This document shows, piece by piece, positions 49,701-61,150 of a stretch of 64,000 nucleotides of DNA. Each line of letters begins with the position of its first letter. Position 1 is the first letter of the stretch. The notes under the pieces are model-generated. The model did not search any database and was not told the DNA's origin. It saw only the letters and a list, made by a program, of their open reading frames with translations. This DNA comes from Phoronis australis. Taxonomy: Eukaryota; Animalia; Phoronida. The stretch covers positions 273,530-337,529 of the forward strand of contig NMRA01000113.1 of NCBI GenBank assembly GCA_002633005.1, written 5' to 3'. The position numbers and the translations under genes were made by a program.

Positions 49701-50861
49701 CGTTTGAAAAATAGTGTCTCATGGTAATAAAGGTCTTAATAGGCTTTGAAAGGCATCAATGCTATTGTTTGTTTGATGCAAGAACTAAACATTTGTTTAT
49801 GCTCTAGATATCCAAGTTACTAGTGATAGATCCAGCCTCGAGATTCACAGCTCAACAAACATTGGCTCATCCGTTCTTTTCACGGGAGGTAGGTTGAATA
49901 ACCCAGATCAACGTTAAAGAGTTGATTTGCTCACAACAAAGTTTTCAGTATTTTGTTCTTAATTAAGCAAATTGTTGGTATACTTGGTTATTGTGTACTT
50001 AAACATTTAAAGTGGCAAAAACCCACCTTTCATCACAAAAAACAACTTTGGATTTAGACCACTTCCTGTTGTGAAATTGATCTCGAATTATTCCTGTTCA
50101 GGTGAATTCAGGGCTTCGATAGAACCGACTGTTCATTTTTGCCGGAGACCAGGTTCTACAAGTTGATTAGTCATGGCTGATCATATTGTGCTCAGCACGT
50201 TCTCCAGGAATAATGAACTATCAGATCTTTGCAAGTGCAGAATGCACTTCTTATCTGACCGTGGAACAAGTCAAGACCTATTTTATACTGGAGATAGTCC
50301 AAATCACAAGTTTGGTTTTTGATGGGAATCAGAGTTTATAGCCCCTTTAAGAGAAAGTGCATCATATTGAATTGTTAGAGTGCATTATGTCTGGTTCAGG
50401 TCAGATCACAGTGAGTTTTCTGCTGCAACACCTAACCATGTGGTTCTACTTCTTGTGCATTTATAGCGCCATCTGCAGTAATTTATCAGACTTTTAGTTT
50501 GGCCAAGTGGAGTAAAAGAAACTCACTTTGTTTTATATTGTAAAATGTGGTATGTTTGCAGAAACAAGGCTCAAAAGAGTTCTTCCCTAGAAAGCAATTT
50601 AAAGCTGCCATCATTGCCGTGTCGTTTCTATTCCGCTTGAAACTGATGCACCTTTACCCCCCACCAATATCTATGCAGCAAGTAAAGAACAACCCTTATT
50701 CAATACGTGCACTACGCAAGATCATGGACAACTGTGCATTTAAGATGTATGGACACTGGGTGAAGAGAGGAGATGATCAGAACAGGGCAGCTTTGTTTGA
50801 AATGAAAGTCAAGAGGGACTTGAAAAACGCATTGATGAGCAAAACCAATGTGGTTATATGA
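40658..50861 (+). CDS. PHKG: Phosphorylase b kinase gamma catalytic chain (PHKG1/2 orthologue), 10 coding exons, 392 aa
   Basis: Exons 40658-40749, 44798-44973, 46175-46229, 47294-47432, 47818-47908, 48272-48362, 48686-48715, 49343-49466, 49808-49888, 50562-50861 (1179 nt, all GT-AG, phases consistent). Motifs: [54 protein letters not shown], and the C-terminal regulatory motif [18 protein letters not shown]. Confidence 0.96.
41424..43010. mobile_element. Tc1/pogo-like non-autonomous element spanning an N-gap
   Basis: TACTCTGGAGTTCCGAATAGT ... ACTATTCGGAACTCGAGAGTA; internal ATAATAGTATAGAC repeats. Confidence 0.75.
42099..42544. other. Assembly gap
   Basis: Run of N. Confidence 1.
43130..44190 (-). 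repeat. Diverged HINE core-repeat array, PHKG intron 1
   Basis: Recurring CC(C/T)TAGTGG...TTTTCATGAAATTTGG motifs at ~160-bp spacing. Confidence 0.65.
44798..44973 (+). CDS. PHKG: PHKG coding exon 2
   Basis: GVSSTVRRC...YAVKIID...GHKHI|gtaagt. Confidence 0.94.
45290..45850 (-). repeat. Diverged HINE core repeats, PHKG intron 2
   Basis: Same motifs as above. Confidence 0.55.
45860..46015. mobile_element. hAT MITE with 8-bp TSD CCCTAGAG
   Basis: TIR CAGTACTGTAGTGG / CCACTACAGCACTG; TSD at 45852-45859 and 46016-46023. Confidence 0.88.
46175..46229 (+). CDS. PHKG: PHKG coding exon 3
   Basis: [18 protein letters not shown]|gtgagt. Confidence 0.93.
47294..47432 (+). CDS. PHKG: PHKG coding exon 4
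   Basis: [11 protein letters not shown]...IVHRDLK|gt. Confidence 0.94.
47818..47908 (+). CDS. PHKG: PHKG coding exon 5
   Basis: PENILLD...LSDFGFA...|gttagt. Confidence 0.94.
47948..48070. repeat. 42-bp minisatellite, 3 copies, PHKG intron 5
   Basis: Unit AACAGGGAGCATCACTGTAACATCTGTAATCACTGTCTGGTC. Confidence 0.9.
48272..48362 (+). CDS. PHKG: PHKG coding exon 6
   Basis: [13 protein letters not shown]...GYGRQVD-M|gtaagt. Confidence 0.94.
48686..48715 (+). CDS. PHKG: PHKG coding exon 7 (30 nt)
   Basis: tacag|G TGG GCA TGT GGA GTT ATA ATG TAT ACA TT|gtaag = WACGVIMYT. Confidence 0.92.
49343..49466 (+). CDS. PHKG: PHKG coding exon 8
   Basis: [17 protein letters not shown]...[14 protein letters not shown]|gtaagt. 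Confidence 0.94.
49808..49888 (+). CDS. PHKG: PHKG coding exon 9
   Basis: [27 protein letters not shown]|gtaggt. Confidence 0.92.
50011..50346. mobile_element. Kolobok-type MITE with TTAA TSD, PHKG intron 9
   Basis: TTAA|AGTGGCAAAAACCC ... GAGTTTATAGCCCCT|TTAA. Confidence 0.7.
50562..50861 (+). CDS. PHKG: PHKG last coding exon
   Basis: FFPRKQFK...[36 protein letters not shown]...TGA. Confidence 0.94.
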   Translation, partial: KQGSKEFFPRKQFKAAIIAVSFLFRLKLMHLYPPPISMQQVKNNPYSIRALRKIMDNCAFKMYGHWVKRGDDQNRAALFEMKVKRDLKNALMSKTNVVI

Positions 50862-51201
50862 AAAAGGATTGATGTTTACGAGGCTAAAGTGCAGAAAGAA
50901 AATTCAGTTTAGAACACAGAATGGTGGGAAAGTGAGATTTCATTTTCTCAAATTTGTCAGTCAACAAAAAATACTTAAAGACTTGTTACTTCATTGCTAA
51001 CATGGCTTGCATGGTCCAACAGTCACTGAACAACAATTGATGCAGTTTTGAGCGCTTGCAGTAATGTAGTTAAGTTGGGAAAACTGGCAACTTTAGGAAT
51101 TTTTCGTTCTGAATGGAATTGTTTAGTGCATTGCTCTTTAGGTATTTATTTATTGTTCAAGTAAACTGGACATTTTGTGGAATTTTATTGTAAGTTATAA
51201 A

Positions 51202-51207
51202 AATAAA
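51202..51207 (+). terminator. Candidate PHKG polyadenylation signal AATAAA
   Basis: AATAAA 340 nt after the stop codon. Confidence 0.45.
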
Positions 51208-52497
51208 TTCATTGAACCGAATCAAATATTTCTATTCATAGTAATAGATTCCATGTGGGAAGTATTATTTGAATTGCCACTGCTGTTTTTTCTCCAAATA
51301 TAACTAGGGCTGCAGCCAGATAGTACCTGAACCTCAGCCCACTAAAACCATAAGTAAAAACTTCTGATATAGTTGTCCAACAGATGCCACAAATAGGTCC
51401 CTACCATGAACTGATTACAATAAAGAGCCTGGAATTTCCGATGGTCATACTGTGTTGATGTCTGTAGCTAACCCGCCATGACAAGCAGTTCATTGGGCTT
51501 GGTCTGAAGCAAATAACAACTCTCCGTTATTCTCAAACTAAATGCTATTTCTAATTTCAGTAAGGATTGAGATGAGAATGGCTTTAAAATAGTGGTCTAG
51601 ATCAAAAGTACTCTCGTGTTTATTGCCCCTTTAAAATAGAACCCCCAAAACTGAAGGCAGCAGTGTTTGGACAAAAACAAACACATTGCCATTGATTACA
51701 TAACCTCTGTGGTGGAGGTTATCCTATGATGAAAAGGAAAATCTTAAGTAAAACATTTTATTAAAAATTCCACTGAGTAGGAATTCCTTGTACTTTATCC
51801 ATTTGATCACATACATTCCAAGTGCTCTGCACATTTAATATACAACATACCAAGTGCTCCATACACTTAAACCCCAACAAGTATATTGTAATTCACTTGA
51901 TCACTGCTGATCAAGCTACAATAGTTTCTGAAGGTCCAATTTCATGATCCTGCGATAGCAAATGAAAAATGGCATATTATAATTGATAACATTTTGCTTA
52001 TAAAATTGCGCACTCTGCAAAAGCTCATCTAGATTATCATATAACAATATACATTGTTCTTAATTGCAGTTTGGTAATGATATCTTCCCACTTCTTTTGA
52101 GTCACTGAAACGTTCAACCACATGACGCCAGCACCAGGTTTCGAAAAGAAAAGTGTTCTACTTTTATAGTGCACAGTTTTAGTCTTTTGCAACCATAGTT
52201 GCACATGTATTGTTACAGATTCAGCAACATTATGTTGAGCTGACATAAGTATTTGCCACACATAAATCTCCAAGGAATGTGATTCACTGTCTTGTGGTGC
52301 AGGACTTGACTGTTTATGCACTCTTGACTGTTTCAATGCATTCAACTGGTAACATGTTAGCATGACCAAATCACTGAATCATGCCAACAGAAGACAATTC
52401 AGTACAAGACTTTCAGAAGTCAATTAGTAAATCTGTTCCACATTTCTTTCTGTGGAATTACTGAGGACAACTGTGACATTGAGTTATCCTGCACAGC

Positions 52498-52578
52498 CTA
52501 CAGAACTAATGAGAATGCTTTGTATCCAAAGTTAGTGTAAACATCAATCTTGTCACTTGTTCCAGCCACACACAAAAC
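52498..52578 (-). CDS. THOC6: THOC6 last exon
   Basis: VLCVAGTSDKIDVYTNFGYKAFSLVL*. Confidence 0.93.
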   Translation of the reverse strand, partial: VLCVAGTSDKIDVYTNFGYKAFSLVL

Positions 52579-55500
52579 CTGTGAATGCAAAATAGACCAA
52601 ATAAGTGTTAAATGACACTAGCTGGGGGATGAGAAAAAGGGAGGACATGTGAGGGGGAGGGTGGGAAGAGTGATGGGGAGAATAAATGATGGGGAGGGGA
52701 TGAGGGATAGGGAGGGGATNNNNNNNNNNNNNNNNNNNNNNNNNNNNNNNNNNNNNNNNNNNNNNNNNNNNNNNNNNNNNNNNNNNNNNNNNNNNNNNNN
52801 NNNNNNNNNNNNNNNNNNNNNNNNNNNNNNNNNNNNNNNNNNNNNNNNNNNNNNNNNNNNNNNNNNNNNNNNNNNNNNNNNNNNNNNNNNNNNNNNNNNN
52901 NNNNNNNNNNNNNNNNNNNNNNNNNNNNNNNNNNNNNNTGATGGGGAGGGTCAGTGATGGGGAGGCGGACGAGTGATGGGGAAGATGAGTGACAGGGATG
53001 AGGAATGGGGAGGGGGACGAGTGATGGGGAGGGTGACAAGGGATAAGATGACACAGAAATGGCCACACAGACTTGTGTATTGAACCAACAGAGCAACGAG
53101 TTGTAAGTCAAAAGAATTTTAATAAAAATTAGCCCAAAAATGGTGGCAATAATAATGAAAACGTTAAACTAAAACAAAATTCAATTGACGCACGACCTCA
53201 AAATAAGTATGCTATGCTTACTTTATTGGCATTACTGTTCACATTAAGAGTACAGACACTAGTTGAAGAACAGGGAACTTTAGACTTGGACTCTCCATTG
53301 ATGAACCAGTGATTGACTTGAGGTGCAGAGCCAGCTGATATCAACTGAAAGGAAATAAGCTGCATACAGCCTACACACAAATGCAGAAGAAAGGAGACTA
53401 ACACAGTTCATAACAAAAAAGAAGTAAATCTCTGCCTACATCATAGATGTAATTTTGCAAAAGCTCATAAAGAAATACATAAGAAAGTCTGTTTCTTTCA
53501 GTAAACTAAGATGAAAGCAAATTTCATAACTTTTAATAATAACATACACAAAGAATCATGTCGACTAATCTTACTGTATCATCATAGAATGTGACAAACT
53601 GTTGTGCCACTCCAGGAGTATCAAATAGTGTAGTTGGGGTCAGTGACCTGAGATGCCATAGTGAGAGGGTGGGACCTCCACCACAAACCAGCCAATCATC
53701 TGTGGGGTCAACTGCCACACAGGTTAACCATTTCCCAATCTGTGGTCGAGCGCACAGCTCTGACCTATATGGCTCTAAGATGTGCATTGTTTCAGCTGCT
53801 CGTGTATCTGCAAGCAACAGATAACGCCAACTTTACCAAATGAATTCAGTGCAGACAGAGGTATAACCTCAGCTGACTCCATCACCTGAAAGTTAGCTGA
53901 GCTTACAGCTTATGCAAAGACATGAGAAATACAACCACAGTTGAATGAACTAACCACTACACATTGCAGGACCATGTCACTAAACGATTTACCCGTTTCC
54001 CAAGTTTGAAACTAAGCATAAACCACCCCGGCAGTTGTACGATTAAGAAATGCGCACTGGCACGTAAATTGTCATGGCCATGATTAAATTTTCCAGAGCC
54101 AGACTGAAATGTCGATAAACTGTATTGAAATGAATGCTACGTTGTACAAAGAATCTTGAAATGTTAAGAAGTTTGGTACGCACTGATTATTGGGAGTCAA
54201 ACACGAACTTCGCATAAAAAATACTGAAGTACATATGTAAGGACAACGGTCAATGTTTATCACTGCTCGACACAGTAACGAAGTTCACATGACTTAGCTG
54301 CCATGGTTTGCTATGCCATGTCAGAATGGCATAAGAAAAATCTCTGACAATCACAAGTAATGACCATAATCTGGTAGACGTCTCACATTCAACATATCAA
54401 ACTGACAAAGGTGACGTTATACATATGAAAAACTTTTAGTGAGAATGAACATGTTTTCCACACCTCTTCACACAACCTTCTTACCCCAAATCCTAACAGT
54501 GCCATCTTCTGAGGCTGAGATCACTTCCTTGCCATCATTGCGGAGTGCAATAGAGTGTATATAGTCAGTATGACCTTGATACGATTTCTGAAAGTATGTC
54601 TATGTTAAGTATGTCCAAACACAGTACATACAAACATCATAAAAACAAAAATATAACCCGACACAATGAACACAGAGGCAGTTCTTTGGTAATCAGTTTT
54701 CATGGCAGCTTTGGATCAATGTCACTGTACTACTGCACATAATGTAAATTAATGCAATCACACAACGCAATGCTTGAACCAGTAGTACACCAAACTGATG
54801 AAGATTAACTGTTATTGCTATCGAGCATCTCACACCAACTTACCAATAATGTTCCAGTCTGAAGATCCCAGACATGAATACTGTCATCTCCACAGCCAGC
54901 ATACAATAATGAACCAGAGTCCTAAAGTATATCATGGAATACAAGACTTTCACTCATTATTAAGTTGCCAGTTGTTGCAGAATATAGGTTTGTACTTCGT
55001 AAAACCTCAAAGAGAAAAATATTTTTGGGTTTTGCAAACATCCATATCTTTACGACATCTGTTCTCCTAATTGTTGCATGTTTCAAATTCTCCACTTCTA
55101 GTCATGCCTACAGCTACCAATCATCAACAAGGTTTAACTGATGACATGGACTAAGCACAATATTGCACAACAACTTAATAGTTCAGGAACAAAAGGCTGG
55201 TTCAGTTTATTTGTGATTCCAGTTTTCAATCACAGTTTGGGCCATAAGAATAGCATGAATCTGTTTCGCTGATCACTTTAAAAATGCTAACCTAACATCC
55301 TGTCTGGAATCTTTACTGCAAACCATTAACTGCACTTTGTGTTTTTAGAATTTTTCTAATACGAAATGTTGATGAAATGTCAGAATTCATTAACATTTCA
55401 TTCACTTTAAAGAAAATAGCACCGATCACAAAAATCAAAATGCAGCTAAACCTACTCTTACCTACATTTAGTCATACAACCTCATAACCATGTTACAATA

Positions 55501-58500
55501 GTTACCGGCAGATTAGGGGTATCACTGCAGCCCCAGTATATTGTTATTTAATGTGCCACCATACAGAAAACAATTAAAACTATCCTTTAAGCGGTTTGCC
55601 GGATGGAGAGATGTTAAAAACGTACTCAAAAAATTTCTGAAAATGGGAGGATGGCATCATCTTATTAATAGATGCCTATCTACCAAATTTTATGAAAATC
55701 TTTTGAGGACCTTTGAAGATACAGAGATAAACGTACAAAACTAAAATTGACACTAGGAGGCACACCGGTAGCGGGATCCCTCCGAAAGTTCGTTCATGCT
55801 GTCTCATCCATGGAAGGAACACGTGCAAAATTTTATGAACATACATCAAAGGATTCCGAGATAGAGCAGCAGACACCGGATGGATGCTAGATGAATAAAA
55901 AGGATCTCTGTCCTCGGTAAGAACTGACAATTCATTATTTCTTCAGACAAAGCTCATAAAAATTCAGGTCATAGTGTGCCCTAAAAATTTATCAGTTTAG
56001 TCTGAAGAAATGGCAAACTGCGAGTTCTCTGCAAGACCTAAAACACGTCTCATAAGACTAAGGAACAAGTTTGGTCCTCTTCTCATCTGAGTAAAGACAC
56101 CCATGTTATAGAGGTAAGTGGTTTACACCAAAAGCTAGTTTCTTCGATGAAAAGTGAGCTTATAGCCGCTTTAAATAAAATGTCACTTACCTTTGCGTCG
56201 ATAACAAGAGACATCACACCAGTACTGTTGGCATCACTGCAATTTAAACACAACGTGTGTAAACAATCATACGTAGCTTACTCACAACACGTCAACCATG
56301 CTTCATTATAATCCCTTAGTGTATGCCCTTTTCAAACACTGGCATTATTAAAAATTAGTATCACTCACTATTCACAGTGTGCATCGCATACAATGCACAC
56401 ACATGGGATGATCGTTTTTTTAAACATTACCACTACAGGGAGCAATGCCAGTAAACTTCAAATATCAACTAGGAAAATAAGTAAGCACTAATTTCCTTTC
56501 ATCATGACACAGTTTGGAATATATGAAGGTGAATGACTAGGTAAGACACAAAAACAATAGAAGGGCCACTTGGAGGCACAACATAGGTCAGAAACGGGAC
56601 TTGTGCTGTTGTTTACATGCCAAATTTCATGACCATCCATCAAGGAACTTGATAGATAACAAGACAAACGCTAACCGACTCCACAGTAGTCTGATTTGAC
56701 CCAAACTTCACATATTCAAATTTCATGATAATCCATCAAGGAACTTGGTAGATATTGAACCACAGGTGAAAAAAACTAAACTGCTGCTAGAGGGCGTCAC
56801 AGTAGTCAGGCCTTTCCGAAAATCATCATAAGCCAGAAGAAACACATCTGCCAATTTTCATAAGGATCCTTTGAGTGGTTTGCCTCATAGCGAAGCAGAT
56901 GCCAAAAACATACTAAAAAAGTAACAAAAATGGCCACTAGGTGACGTACAAAACAACAAATCCATCCAGATATGGGATGGTGGTATTTTCCCTTTAATAG
57001 AAACCTATTTGCAAAATTTCATAAGAATCCATCGAAAGGAACTTCATAGATGATAAAGAGGAAGATGTAAAAACAATAAAATTGCCATCAGAGGACACAG
57101 AGGTCTGAAAGTAGTCGTCATCCATTGTCATGTTAAAAGATTAATTTACACATGCCAAATTTAACAAAGATCATGCAATGTGTTTATGAGAAGCAGCTGT
57201 GGACATGAAAAAGAGGGATACCAGGGTTGACACAAGTCAAAATTGTCCAATATCATAAACCAATTTACATAACAATCCTTAGATTGACTTTGCTGATAAA
57301 GAGTGGGATGTCAATAAGAGACTGGCCACTTGGTGCCGCACATTTCATAACCTCTTTAATAGGAACCTACTTGCCAAGGCACACTGGTAGCCAAATCCAC
57401 ACTAAAACTTAACTCGTGCATTCCTATTCGTGATAAAAATATATCTGCAAAATTTCATGATGTTCCATCTTGGGGTTTTGGAGATATAGCAGCGGATGCC
57501 AGATGAACAGCACGAGTTCACACGCACGCACATATACCTTGGGGGTACTGTTACACAGTAAAGGCATTACTTACTTTGAAGGTACAGACACAGACCAGAC
57601 CACCTTAGGGGTACTGTTACACAGCTCTGTCCACTTCCACGCATTGATGACCCCATGGCTGTCACCACTATAACATCAAAACACATTTCATCATGAACCA
57701 TTTGCTAGCTTTTAACACTTCTGTGCTTGGACACTTTTGTAACCGCAATTTTCAAACTACTTCATATTCACGTAGTCGCTATATGTTGTGTTTCTAACTA
57801 ACTTGGGCAAACAATCACAGAAATTAGCGTGCAATTTCCACTTTAAAGGTAGTGGCTCATGTGGCCCATGTCTTTATCAAGACCTCCGTTGCTAAGAAAC
57901 AAAATCATTGAGGTTTCGTTGGATCTCCTGGTGTGGGTGTCATCAACTACACAGACGATGAGGTTATCACTACAGTGGCCACGTGACGTGAAATACTCTA
58001 CCACTAGAAGTGAGGAACTATCGCAGATAAAACAGCTGCACCCATTAAGGCTTGAGAGCTAATAAATACTTTTTTAATAAAACTTTTTTTTACCAGATTT
58101 TGAAGACCTTTTACTTGTCTGTAACTACATTATAGTAAAGAATTCACAGAGCAATTAACTTTACAGGAAATCAATAATTACTAAGAACTGAAAGTCCACC
58201 TAACCGTACAGTGCTGAAATCACAAAGTGTGGAAACAATTAACATGTGTTCCAATTTAACACTTGCCGCTGTCATAGCTTTTGCTGAGAAAAGAGTCAAA
58301 CGTAATCGAAAACAAAACTATACTAACCTGAGTAACAATTTATCATGAGTGACTAAGCTGAAAACAGAGCCTTCGTGTGCTGCAAGAAATAAACTAACAT
58401 CAATGACAGTATCTGTAGTATTTTTAAAACAATTTTTTCCCAGCATAAATTTCATTAGAACTCTTCACTGCCGTTACTTAACAACCCTCAACACGCAGTA

Positions 58501-61150
58501 GCAAGAGGTGAAAACATTGCAGCTGGAATTTACAGGTATTAAAATGGAAGTGTTTTCCACCCCGTTACTACTTATGACTTTTATGGTAAGACCCTCATGT
58601 GTCAGACACGCACAAGTTGATTTTCACCTAACTGTATAAAATTATATTCACATTAATTTTATTTTTGGCCAAAATATGAGTACGAACTTTAAAATCAGTG
58701 CATAACAATGACATCGAATTAATTGACGTTTCCGTTTACTGTCACTAAAGAATTCTCAAGACAGATGTTCACAATATTCCAGTCGGGTAACACAGCTGGA
58801 GAACAGCCTGCACAGGTACACCTCAAAATGCATTGTGAGGGGAGAGACCAGAAATCAAACCAGTTGGAGCTCATGACAAATGAACCAATGTTTCTATTCA
58901 GATAGCACTCAGCGTGATTCAACCATGTATGCATAGCCTTCTATATGCACTGACTTTAAAGGAATGGTGTAAATATTCAGCGGCACAGTTGTTCTACAGT
59001 AATTCGTGCACTCAAGCCTTCAGATAAGTGGGTTTCACCATAATCAAACAAAATCTCTCTCCAGTTGCATCATCAAACCTATGCGATGTTATACTACAAC
59101 TCCTTTTACCCTCCTTCCAAACACAACAATTGATCGTGGTATTGATCCTTACTTGTTGGCGCATTGTTAGTATAAAACTTAGGTGCACGTAACTGTGAGA
59201 AATAACGATAAAACGAAGTGCTGGTTAGTACCAAAATAAAAAGGTCTTTAAATGATTACTGTGTAAGATTGATGTTCAAGATGTGACTTATGAATATTTC
59301 TATTGTTTTTGATGATATGGCAAATTGTGGGAGTCTATTCCAGAGTAGAATGGTAGACGGAAATAGTTTGCATAGTATGCGGTGCGGATATATAATCTCT
59401 CAAAGGTATGAGAGTGGGTGTTTTGTGATCTGGAGGTCTATAGGAGTGGAAGGTATGAGTGAGGAATAGCAAACAAGTTATGTACGGTCTTGTACAGAAG
59501 GGATAGTTTGTTCTGAGCTCATCTTTTCTGGAGGGTGGGCCAACTGATTATCAGATAATCATGATAGTATGGCTACTTTCATTGTTATTTAATAATTGTA
59601 CGCCGATATGCTGGCAACAGTACATTCTTCTAAGTTAGCATGCCACCATGTTGCTCGTAAAAAAATGTATGTATACTTATTATATGTATGAATGTATTTT
59701 ACAAGTTTAAATTGAATTTCTCTCTCTTCTCTGATAATGTATACCTATTTGTAAATGACCTTACCAGTAAATGTAATTAAGGGCTTGAACTGGTCTTCAC
59801 CTGCATTCCGTCCCAGAGCTTGTGATAAACTGCAAACAATAAACAAGGACAATAGATTTTAAATATGGGTTACTTACAAACATGACCAATGAAAATAAAC
59901 TACTTAAAAATTTACCAAAGTGAAATCAATTCCTATAATTTGTCGTAAAAGGTATGCAGCCTTGTGAAAGAAGAAAAGCTAGTTGAAGAATCAGTGACCA
60001 ACAGACTTGAAAGCTGACCCATTAGGTAAGGTTGCTCCACAAATTTAACAGCAGAATCAGAGCAGAATGCCAATTTTAGCACTGGTAACTAGTTTTGTAA
60101 TACTCAAGGAAGAGAGCATTTTTAATACTAAATTTGTGGCACACTTTATTTGTTTTTTTTTTCCAATGTCAGTCCAAAGCTGTTGTAGCATGGGAACTTA
60201 TTTTGATCTGTGAGAACATAACACCACAAGCTAAGCAGAGTACAGCGCACGCCACTACATAGTGACATAGATACACTGGAAGACTGGCGAGATTTACAAT
60301 CTTGCCACTACATGACGCATGTGATAAACAGCTGTTCTTGTAAAGTTGGCCATGTTGCCCATACATGACGAGTGTAATTACCTGTTGCTTGACCTTTGAT
60401 CGGGTCAGACAATGAATGACCTAATCAAAGGTCAAACAACAGCCAACTAGCGACTGGCATGTGTGTAATATATATACATAGAGTTATAACTAACACATAC
60501 CATGACTCGGGAGACAATTTAGTCAACATAATTTGAACATATCCATGAAAAGCTATTATGGTTTTTTGAGCTTTCCTCACAGGGCGCCATTTTGAGGACA
60601 ACAGGTTTGTTGACAAACAAAAAGTCCAAGGGACAGTAATCGTACAAATTCCACCAGATATCTTCCCATGCTATTTTTGCATCATGCGTCAGGTCACGTG
60701 CTTCGCTCAGTTTTGCGGTTGTCCTTGCCTAACGCACGTGACGTCAGTTGAAATACTTTGTGGTTATTGCGCATGCAGAAAGTACACGGGATAAATCTAG
60801 TACACAAAGTGATGAGGAGTATTACAGGCCCTTGGCTTGAGGCCGGCCTAGACTAAGACTAAGAGTATGAGTCCTGCCAGTCGAGGCCGAGTGGATATCT
60901 GTTGCCAATGGCAGCCTATGCGGTACCTGATCCAGATAGTTGAAAAAAAGAATGTTCACCAAAAAATGTAAAATACGAAAAAAGGACAAGGGTTTTTCAC
61001 TGAATTTCCATACTTATAAATGGCAATATGACAGTTATTGGTGCCAACAGCGAGGAATTTCCCACAAGGCGAAAAGGCTTGTGAGTAAACTGTGATGTAC
61101 AACTTTTCCAGAAGCGTCAATGGTGCACTCTGCAAGATAGATAAAGACAT
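52498..61150 (-). CDS. THOC6: THO complex subunit 6 (WD40 repeat), 10 exons, 336 aa
   Basis: Exons 61150-61014, 59829-59765, 58379-58328, 57667-57575, 56236-56191, 54921-54844, 54587-54485, 53807-53575, 53344-53222, 52578-52498 (1011 nt, GT-AG, phases consistent). Motifs SQAFSPCGKFLAVG, AHEGSVFSL, GHTDYIH, SEDGTVRIWD, DWLVCGGGPTLSLWHLRS and IDVYTNFGYKAFSL are typical of THOC6. Confidence 0.95.
52625..53045. repeat. Purine-rich GATGGGGAGGG-type repeat around N-gap 52720-52938
   Basis: Repeated GGGG/GGG tracts in the last intron of THOC6. Confidence 0.85.
53222..53344 (-). CDS. THOC6: THOC6 exon 9
   Basis: LISAGSAPQVNHWFINGESKSKVPCS...NANK|gtaagc. Confidence 0.92.
53575..53807 (-). CDS. THOC6: THOC6 exon 8
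   Basis: DTRAAET...GKWLTCVAVD..DDWLVCGGGPTLSLWHLRS...FYDDT|gtaaga. Confidence 0.94.
54485..54587 (-). CDS. THOC6: THOC6 exon 7
   Basis: KSYQGHTDYIHSIAL...SASEDGTVRIW|gtaag. Confidence 0.93.
54844..54921 (-). CDS. THOC6: THOC6 exon 6
   Basis: DSGSLLYAGCGDDSIHVWDLQTGTLL|gtaagt. Confidence 0.92.
55560..57530 (+). repeat. Diverged HINE core-repeat arrays in THOC6 introns (55560-55890, 56560-57530)
   Basis: CCAAATTTCAT...CACTAGGAGGC motifs homologous to 12430-13030. Confidence 0.65.
56191..56236 (-). CDS. THOC6: THOC6 exon 5
   Basis: DANSTGVMSLVIDAK|gtaagt; phases fit both neighbours. Confidence 0.82.
57575..57667 (-). CDS. THOC6: THOC6 exon 4
   Basis: GDSHGVINAWKWTELCNSTPKVVWSVSVPS|gtaagt. 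Confidence 0.87.
58328..58379 (-). CDS. THOC6: THOC6 exon 3
   Basis: AHEGSVFSLVTHDKLLL-S|gttagt. Confidence 0.9.
59290..59590 (-). mobile_element. CR1/L2-group LINE 3' fragment
   Basis: Minus-strand WPTLQKR*...LLYKTVHNL.AIP..YL...FPSTILLWNRLP, a typical ORF2 C-terminus. Confidence 0.7.
59765..59829 (-). CDS. THOC6: THOC6 exon 2
   Basis: LSQALGRNAGEDQFKPLITFT|gtaag. Confidence 0.9.
61014..61150 (-). CDS. THOC6: THOC6 exon 1
   Basis: MSLSILQ...SQAFSPCGKFLAVGTNNCHIAIY|gtatgg. Confidence 0.88.
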
